A stretch of 59,505 bases of DNA, the filler included, from Basidiobolus ranarum (Eukaryota): assembly GCA_040143965.1 (NCBI GenBank). It is 5 parts of 5 records of this genome, joined end to end, with 100 filler letters (N's around TTAATTAATTAA, not from the genome) between each part and the next. Parts side by side here need not be neighbours in the genome. Positions count along the whole stretch, not along the records: positions 47,695 to 59,505 come from JASJQH010000587.1; 4 more parts are not named here. One strand, written 5' to 3'. Shown piece after piece: positions 52,375 to 59,505 of this stretch. Made by a program: the position numbers and the translations under genes. Each line of letters starts with the position of its first letter. Within the stretch, counting starts at the first letter, position 1. The notes beneath the pieces were generated by a model. That model saw only the letters and a list, made by a program, of their open reading frames with translations, was not told where the DNA came from and did no database searches.

Positions 52375-54606
52375 CTACGCATAGTTTTCTTGGCGTAACA
52401 CTCTTCGGAAAAATTCATTTGTGAACGTGGTATCTGACACTTCATTGGAGTCGCACGCTTGAAGATTCCACCACTTCAAGTCAGAGCGTTTGCCATGGCT
52501 ATTGGGCTTCGGCAAATCTCCAGTTTGCGCAAGCCACGGCTCAGCTTTTACTTGCGAGTATAGGATTGCCTCTACAGGAGGCAGAATACGGGTCGGTATT
52601 TTATCTATATCCAAGCGTTTTCGCTTTTGCTTAGGAACGAACACATCTTTGTGATCTTGATACAAGGATGTAGACATGGCAAGTGCATATTGGAGGTCCT
52701 CATCGGATTCTGGTTTGATTTTACGAGCCTTACGAATAGTAATATTTGGCAAGGGTTGAATCACGACATCCTCCGTGAAATCTTCATCGGCCTCCAGAAA
52801 AGCAACCTGAAACTCCCGAGATCTGCGTTGCTTCAGGTCTTCCTGGACATGCTCAAACGATTCTTCAGGGCTCTCCGCGACCCAACTTTGTTCCATACCA
52901 AGTTGATTCATTTGGATAATTAGCTGACTATACGTTAGTTTTCGTAATTTAGCACAACATTTTAGATGAAAAACTCTGGCTTCTATAGTGGTCCACTTTG
53001 CAAGCCAAGGATTTTGACAACTTGGGCAATTCGGAATATTCAAAAGGCAATGGATACCCTTATTATCCGGCTGACTCGTTGTTACAATTGCACCTTGTTG
53101 TCTTATAACGTTCGGTTCTGTTTTGATAGGCTTTTCTTGCTGTTTACCATCCAGGCAAGTATTAATATGTTGACTTTTTCGATATTCAGTCATGTAGGAT
53201 ATGTTTTCTTGACAAATCATACACTTTTCCACATAGTTGCACTTGGAAGTTATACTTGCCTGGCTTTCGCCCAAGGTGAGCATCGATGGGGAACTCTGAG
53301 TGGCAACATCAAGGCACCTATTCACATGATTTTCCTTGGCTTGAACACTTTGGAATTCCAATAACGAGCGTTGACAAATAGGACAGACATCAGTATTTTG
53401 CTCTTGGATTTCCCGGTCATCAATAGAGCGTAGTTCGCCGGTTATCCGGTCCATTTCTGCGTCATTGTTGCTCACAATGGGTGCTGGAGAAATTGAATTT
53501 AGTATTTCCTTGTCTCTCTGATGAGATCCAGAACTCTCTTCGTCTGTTAGATTTAGTTCACTTGAGTCATTTTTTGTATCAATTTGGGGTGATCTATTCA
53601 GAGGGAGAAGCAGAGAGGATTCATCTAGGCTTTCATAAGCTTCTTTTTGAATCAAACCAGAATAAGGCTGAGAGGTCTCTTCTAGGTCATGATGAATACA
53701 CGTCGAGACCTTCACTTCAGAAAGAGGTGTAGGCAACGTAGCCGTAGGTTCGTTACTCAATATTTCAACTGTATGGGAAATTAGCTCTTGCGATATTTGC
53801 TCGTCAGAGTTGATTAGTTCATCATCAAGTGGATGTTGCATTGGAGTAGGAATCACGGATTCCAAATTGCATTCATCATTTACTTGAATAGGGCTAACAC
53901 CTGGTGGTATCAATGCAGATTCAACTTCGCTTTCCTGACTAATCGAGGGATCGTCTGAAAAATAGCTGAATTTGGATAGTTGAGAGGTTGGAGTTTGTGG
54001 TATTACTTCATGCTCGTCGGCCAGTAGCCTAGATGCAGAAATAAACCCATGGGTTACTGTGGCTTCATCTTGACTCAAAAATCGTTCCCATTTAGACTCT
54101 TTGCTTACAACCTCGCATCGCTCCCCTGTATCTTCTTGTTTGGGGCTAAGTGAAACCTTAGGAAGCATGGGATTACGGTTATTGGTACTATCAGTATGTA
54201 AAGATTTAAGTTTTAACCGTCGAGATTTTAAGGAAGTGGTTGTGGAACCAAAGTACTTCGATACCAGAGAAGCACTTGTATCAACAGTCATTTCTGGTGG
54301 TATCTCTACCTTCTCGTTTACTGTCACTTTTTTCCGTTGAATTTGCCTTGAGTTTGGATAAGTATCACTCCGGTCAAGGGTACCAACTATTGAAAACAAA
54401 GGTTTGTTTACTTCCTCTTTTTCCACTGAAGTCGCTTTCGTAACCTTCCTTCTCCTAGTTCCTAAGCATTTTTTGTTAGACTTAATCTCTCTTCTTGGCT
54501 TGACCTCAGAATTCTCTTTGTTTTCAAGGAGTTTTTGCTTCGTTTTCTGATATTTCGATTTGGTTGTGATTTTTAATTCGCGAAAGTCATCTTGGTCGTC
54601 GTCCAT
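52375..54606 (-). CDS. DNA-repair scaffold resembling the N-terminal half of SLX4 (three UBZ4-like zinc fingers + MLR-like region)
   Basis: CPICQ..ENHVNRCLD, CMICQ..SQHINTCLD, CPSCQ..RVFHLKCCAK, then DEDLQYALAMSTSL, KRKR..PTRILPP, WWNLQA. The long N-terminal region is low-complexity. Confidence 0.68.
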   Translation of the reverse strand: MDDDQDDFRELKITTKSKYQKTKQKLLENKENSEVKPRREIKSNKKCLGTRRRKVTKATSVEKEEVNKPLFSIVGTLDRSDTYPNSRQIQRKKVTVNEKVEIPPEMTVDTSASLVSKYFGSTTTSLKSRRLKLKSLHTDSTNNRNPMLPKVSLSPKQEDTGERCEVVSKESKWERFLSQDEATVTHGFISASRLLADEHEVIPQTPTSQLSKFSYFSDDPSISQESEVESALIPPGVSPIQVNDECNLESVIPTPMQHPLDDELINSDEQISQELISHTVEILSNEPTATLPTPLSEVKVSTCIHHDLEETSQPYSGLIQKEAYESLDESSLLLPLNRSPQIDTKNDSSELNLTDEESSGSHQRDKEILNSISPAPIVSNNDAEMDRITGELRSIDDREIQEQNTDVCPICQRSLLEFQSVQAKENHVNRCLDVATQSSPSMLTLGESQASITSKCNYVEKCMICQENISYMTEYRKSQHINTCLDGKQQEKPIKTEPNVIRQQGAIVTTSQPDNKGIHCLLNIPNCPSCQNPWLAKWTTIEARVFHLKCCAKLRKLTYSQLIIQMNQLGMEQSWVAESPEESFEHVQEDLKQRRSREFQVAFLEADEDFTEDVVIQPLPNITIRKARKIKPESDEDLQYALAMSTSLYQDHKDVFVPKQKRKRLDIDKIPTRILPPVEAILYSQVKAEPWLAQTGDLPKPNSHGKRSDLKWWNLQACDSNEVSDTTFTNEFFRRVLRQENYA

Positions 54607-55073
54607 GACAAGACATCTCTAGAACACCTAAAGGTTAGTAAAAGTCTTAACTAAACCCCTTTGTTTTCTTACAAATGATATTCGATGAGCCGAATCAGGT
54701 GATCCATCCAAAATGAAAATTTCATTGGATAAACAATTGTTTTCCTAAGGTGAAGAGTGAATTTCCTTTTTAGTGAGAGCGCTTAGGACTGCGCAATAAT
54801 GAATGATGAGTTTGTTTACTTTTGGTGATAGAATCACATTGAAAAATATTCGGTTCATTGGATGAATTTTAATCCATATTTTGAGTATCTTGGTCTCTGT
54901 TACGTTTGACCTGTTCCCATTCAGTTTATACGAAAAGAAGGAGAGGGAAGAATCCAGTATGCAATTGACATTTATTCCTCAAATCGTAATCAAAAAACCA
55001 ATAAACGATATTCAACGGATCAATTGGATCCACAACACTAGGTGATACCAGAGCACCGAAGGAATAAAGCTAT

Positions 55074-55529
55074 TCAATCATGGTAAATAAACTGAGCTCC
55101 ATTGATATTGAAGTCGGCGAAGGTTTTAACATGAGGTCCTTTGTTGAAGTTGAAATTACTGGTGTACACTGTTCCGTCACCGTTGATCTTCTCAACTATA
55201 GCAACATGTCCTTGAGATCCGGTCCCTTGGGTGTAGCTGGGTAAGACAATAATCGATGGAACTCTTGGCTCATTGGAGATTTCCCACCCAGGATATCTAC
55301 GTGCATTGTTCGCCCACGCCTCGGCGTTGCCTGCCCATTCAGTATGATATCCAGTTAGTTGGTAATATCTAGCATCCGCCCAATCGGTGCATTGTCCGTT
55401 TCCAAAGCGAAATTCTAGTGAATATTCTCGCGCTTCTAAATGGGACTTGAAACCAAAAGGTAAAGGGTTTACGAAACTTGCTAAAAGAGAAAGAACGAAT
55501 ATTAGGAGTTGGATATTAAGCAAAGCCAT
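55074..55529 (-). CDS. Secreted CHAP-domain (Cys/His-dependent amidohydrolase/peptidase) protein, putative peptidoglycan hydrolase
   Basis: Signal peptide, short propeptide ending LEAR, then GQCTDWA, GNAEAW, EPRVPSIIV, GHVAIVE, VYTSNFN and C-terminal FIY. Intronless. TATATAA upstream on the minus strand (55649-55655). Confidence 0.9.
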   Translation of the reverse strand: MALLNIQLLIFVLSLLASFVNPLPFGFKSHLEAREYSLEFRFGNGQCTDWADARYYQLTGYHTEWAGNAEAWANNARRYPGWEISNEPRVPSIIVLPSYTQGTGSQGHVAIVEKINGDGTVYTSNFNFNKGPHVKTFADFNINGAQFIYHD

Positions 55530-57389
55530 TATAACAGTAAAAAGCTCGATTGAAAAATGAAAATGTAGCAGTCGAATTGAATTCGCAAAAGTGACTGAGA
55601 AATATATGTTTTTGAAAATGTTGATGTGTGGTTGACATTTCTCATCGCTTATATACTTTGTTTCCTACTTGGCGATTTAATCTAGAGGCAAAAAAGGGGC
55701 TCTCTGATACGAGAATAAAAAAGACACATCCATCAAAATATTTCAACCATAGTACTAATAAAAACCAAAAATGCTCATATTTCATGTGCTGTAATAGAAC
55801 ACAAGGGATTTTAGGCAAAGCCGACTTTTCAATGCGTTCTCCTCCTCCCCCTGGTTGGGATACTATCCTGATTTAGAGTAAGAGGATACTTTTCCATAAT
55901 AAAGTCCTAAACTGGGTGAAGTTACTCAGATGCAATGGCCTATGCAAAAAAGCAATTTGTGTCGTGAGCTACAGGTCATTTTAATTTTTTGTAACGCCAA
56001 AGATGAACCTTGAAGCTTCAACTGGCCAACTCTGCAAACCAAATACAACGATAACAAGAATCTTGACTTAGGGCATCAGTAAAGCAAATGCTCAAAGTAT
56101 TTGTTATGTGTGCCCGCATTTAATAGCATTATCTTACAACTCTAGCAAAGAGTAAGTTTGCTAGATATGAAAGGTATTCGGGGCATAATGCAACATGTAT
56201 TTTCATGGTGCATGGGTTGGATGAACAATAACTTGACATTCTGTTGCGCCTCGACTCAATACAAGGGAGTATTTGAAGATACTAATACTATATGTAGACA
56301 GAGAAACACTGAAATGAACATCCCTACCTCGGAATAGGTAAGCAACATCCCTTCTGATAATTAATGAACTGAGTTGATTAAATTTTTATTGTAATATAAT
56401 ATAATGCCACTCTGTAGCACAGGACTCGTCCATTGATCAGGTCATATATATGGAAGAATTGTACCAATCAGATAATTGGCAAATAGAGGGAGAATTGTAT
56501 TCTTTATTAACAATTGTCTCATTCAATGGAGTAAAATGCATGAGGGGAGAAATTTGGTAGCCAGCCACTATCCTTAGGGCCAAATAATGCACCTTCTCAC
56601 CGCGAAAGTCACAATGATCCCGACAAAAACTCATTGAAAGGTAGCTACTGATATGCGCACTACACTGATTATAGCAAACAGTAAGCGAAATTGCCTATGT
56701 TTTGATGAAATGTTGGAAATCAAGCGGGTCATCTTTGCTCTTTGCTAACAGTATCTGGATTCCTCTGCTGCCTTTATTGTAATCAGTTGGCTATTCATTT
56801 GATGTAGAGGTGTTATACTTGTTCGTATCAGCAAATCTGATACCGTATGAAAAGATTTTCTACCTTGCGGTAGGGCTCATGCTGCACCTAAATCGGTCAC
56901 TTCAACTCTGCATCACACAATGTAGTAGAGAATATTATCTCCATACTTCTGCATTGATTGCTACATATTGGTCATGTTGAAATTCGTTGGAAGCTGCATA
57001 TCGGAGTCGATCAGATTCAATGGTATTACATAGATTTATTCATATTCCTAACCCTAAGATCATATTCGCAATCACATAATATGTGCGGCTCTAGGGTATA
57101 CCTTTAGCCTGTAATTTGGGAATCAATGTTCGGGTTCAAGCAAATTTGACTGGGTTCAAGGAGTCGAGTATTATCAAAGAGAGTTAATTCCCTTGTGTCT
57201 AATGACCAACTAGGATGTACATTTACCAATCGTGGCTGGTAGTAAGTCATCACAGCTGTAAATTATTAAATTACGAAACACGGATCAAATCTATTCAAGA
57301 GGTTCGAATGAAAAGTTCCTAGTTCTCTATGTCATTAACTATGTATGAAATTAGAAGAAAAGGAATATCAACCAATTGAACAGTACTTA

Positions 57390-58058
57390 TCATATTTGCA
57401 TTTCACAACCGGATTGTTCCGTTGATTTCTTCCACGTAGCTGCTTCACGCTTCAAGAGTTTCCACCTTTTCTGACAGGATTCGCCAGATTTTCCTTTAAC
57501 TAATTTCGATATTTCGGCCCAATTATCAAACCCAACATTTTGTATTGCTTTAACAAGTAGCTCATCTAAAGCGAGATTCCACACATCTGAAGTAACGCTC
57601 GGCCCTAATCCCTGGAAATATCTGTACCTTAGCTGTCCACCAGTATGAGTTGGGAAACCCGCTTGTTGAATGAGGCTCCAAGAAAATCCATACTTCTTTA
57701 CCAGTTTTAGGAGCCGTTCGTCTTCCTTAGGGGTCCACTTGTGAAAAGCAGAAGAGGTTTTGTTGTTATCCTCTATTGCTACCGATTTGATATCCGGATT
57801 ACTTAAAGAAGGTTTTAATTTGACCGTGTAATGATAGCGTAGGGTTTGAAGCTTACGATGGGGAAACTCTTTGGCAACTGATGCCCACTTTTCCCCAAGC
57901 TTAGCCACGCTTTGTATTAATCGTTCGTTTTCTTCTGGTGTCCAATTTAAAATTCGTACTACAGGAGAGGAGGAGAAAAATCTACTACCAGTTCTAGTTA
58001 GATTTACAGCCGAGTGAGGATGAATCTTCGACAGGAAATTTGACCGGGACACCAACAT
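57390..58058 (-). CDS. Three-repeat Myb/SANT-like protein with mitochondrial-type presequence
   Basis: WTPEENERL..KWASVA..LRYHY; WTPKEDERL..SWSLI..LRYRY; WNLALDELL..NWAEIS..CQKRW. First 35 aa are R/S/L-rich with no acidic residues and contain RFFSSS. Confidence 0.88.
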   Translation of the reverse strand: MLVSRSNFLSKIHPHSAVNLTRTGSRFFSSSPVVRILNWTPEENERLIQSVAKLGEKWASVAKEFPHRKLQTLRYHYTVKLKPSLSNPDIKSVAIEDNNKTSSAFHKWTPKEDERLLKLVKKYGFSWSLIQQAGFPTHTGGQLRYRYFQGLGPSVTSDVWNLALDELLVKAIQNVGFDNWAEISKLVKGKSGESCQKRWKLLKREAATWKKSTEQSGCEMQI

Positions 58059-59351
58059 TATGAAGTTGGTACTTGGGCTAAAAGCAGAGTGACTAATGTA
58101 GAGACAGTTGTAAAAGAAGAAAAAAGATTTTGCTACACATAATCGAGGTTCTCATCAGGTTACTGCTAAAAAATTCTGAAACCATCAGATTGTTGGATTC
58201 TTCAGACTTGATAAGATCAAAATTTGTTGTTTGTACCTTAAGATTTATGTGGAAACGGTATTTTATCAGCGGTACTTATCTACGACACCAAGTTAGCAAG
58301 GCTCTTTTAAGACACATTCCAGAAATATCTTGTATGGTCCTAGCTATTCAATAACAATCTTCTTATATGTGGCACCCTAGAAGAAATCCGCAACAGGATA
58401 CTATGAACATTAACAACATTGATGATTTCATCGTTGAAGAATATTTCTGATCATGTAAAGACACATCGGGATTGATTTGATACCAGCTTATACCACGTGA
58501 TTCAGAATTAGCTCCCCACACCACCTCCAATTCCATTAGGATTTGTCGTGAGACCTAGAAAACAGTAGAGTCGTCCACTACAATCTAGAATAGAACTTCA
58601 TGTGAATGATTTTAAAATTACCAATATGTTCCGTATTAAGGTCAATATAGCTAGCCTGGATAACTCGCGTCCCGTTCCGAAGCCGAGGGTCCATTTTCTC
58701 AGAAGTTAACCAAGAGCTCTGACTTTGATTCTTTACTATCGTAATGCAAACTCTTGTAAACTCAGCGTAAATAATCCACTGAACACCTACCATGGCTCCG
58801 GCCATCGCCCAAAACACCATCTTGGAGCATTTCTCTGTTTACTATTCTTATCTCACCACTGTCTCCCCATTCATAGCGCAAGTGTGCTAGTAGAATACAA
58901 CCCCATGCCTAACAATACCAAATCATTCGTAATAATAAATTTCTTCGATCAACTCCCCCCACGTATCATGTGACAGATCTAAATTAAGAAAATCAACCAA
59001 AAATCATGGAACACAGGATCGGATTAAAGCCTCAAAAAAGCCCTGGATTGGATTCAGCATAGTGTGGCTCGAAATTGAATCTCATCACAGAAATGGGTTC
59101 CCTGAATCTCATTTGTCCCTAATGTTCTCTGAATTCTGAGTGGAGGTAACTTCGCTAGAATATTCATTGGGATGGGTTTAGATGATCGGGACCTTCATTG
59201 ACCATGCGGCAAATAAGGAACTGAATCAGACAACTCAATAAAACTTGGTCTCAATATGGAGGTTAGGCCCCAGAGGGTTGTTAGAAAGAATAAGTGAATT
59301 GATTAGAATGAGATTCTAATCCAGTCAAGAATACTACAATGTATTACTAGA

Positions 59352-59489
59352 TTAGTTGGTCTTAAACTTCCTTGAAAATTTAGCAAACACAAATGAATCT
59401 TCAGAACGAGGGTCTACAGCTGCAGAGTAATATTCCTGTCCTTGTAGATGATTTGGTGATGGATACACGGTGACAAGCGAGAGGAAACG
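59352..59489 (-). CDS. Possible terminal exon of a gene extending beyond the window
   Basis: After a TAG acceptor, an open frame RFLSLVTVYPSPNHLQGQEYYSAAVDPRSEDSFVFAKFSRKFKTN*. No family recognised. Confidence 0.25.
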   Translation of the reverse strand, partial: RFLSLVTVYPSPNHLQGQEYYSAAVDPRSEDSFVFAKFSRKFKTN

Positions 59490-59505
59490 CTACACCAAAG
59501 ACGAC

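Noticed and set aside
55074-55529. Bacterial contamination as the source of the CHAP gene
   Set aside because: It sits mid-contig among eukaryotic genes (including an intron-containing forkhead gene), with similar composition, a TATA box and a fungal-style prepro leader.

Overview
Eukaryotic, AT-rich, intron-containing genomic DNA. The gene set (chitin synthase, IRE1, Rab18, C2CD5-like, FHA-forkhead, short GT-AG introns, NRPS) points to an early-diverging fungus; Basidiobolus-like is my inference, not proven. The window is not one locus. It is five contigs (11846, 11819, 11815, 11814 and 11811 bp, in descending length) joined by artificial 100-nt spacers (N44-TTAATTAATTAA-N44), so adjacency across a spacer is meaningless. 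Contig 1: Rab18, Dot5/BCP peroxiredoxin, MAPR heme/steroid-binding protein, a 1167-aa PPR protein, 5' part of RPB2. Contig 2: IRE1, a class IV-like chitin synthase with an apparent internal deletion/frameshift, ArfGAP-UBA, 3' end of a C2CD5-like gene. Contig 3: 5' part of an NRPS (vestigial C-A-T-E-C-A...) divergent from a BBE-like flavin oxidase. Contig 4 is gene-sparse and repeat-rich, with a multi-TM protein carrying a degenerate HET-like domain and a 63-aa secreted peptide with periodic Cx3Cx6 spacing. Contig 5: FHA-forkhead factor, an 87-aa ORF with an eh1-like motif, an SLX4 N-half-like (UBZ+MLR) protein, a secreted bacterial-type CHAP hydrolase, and a three-repeat Myb protein with a mitochondrial-type presequence. 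The strongest leads are the CHAP enzyme, the TM-HET protein, the Cys-rich peptide, the truncated SLX4-like gene and the mitochondrial Myb.
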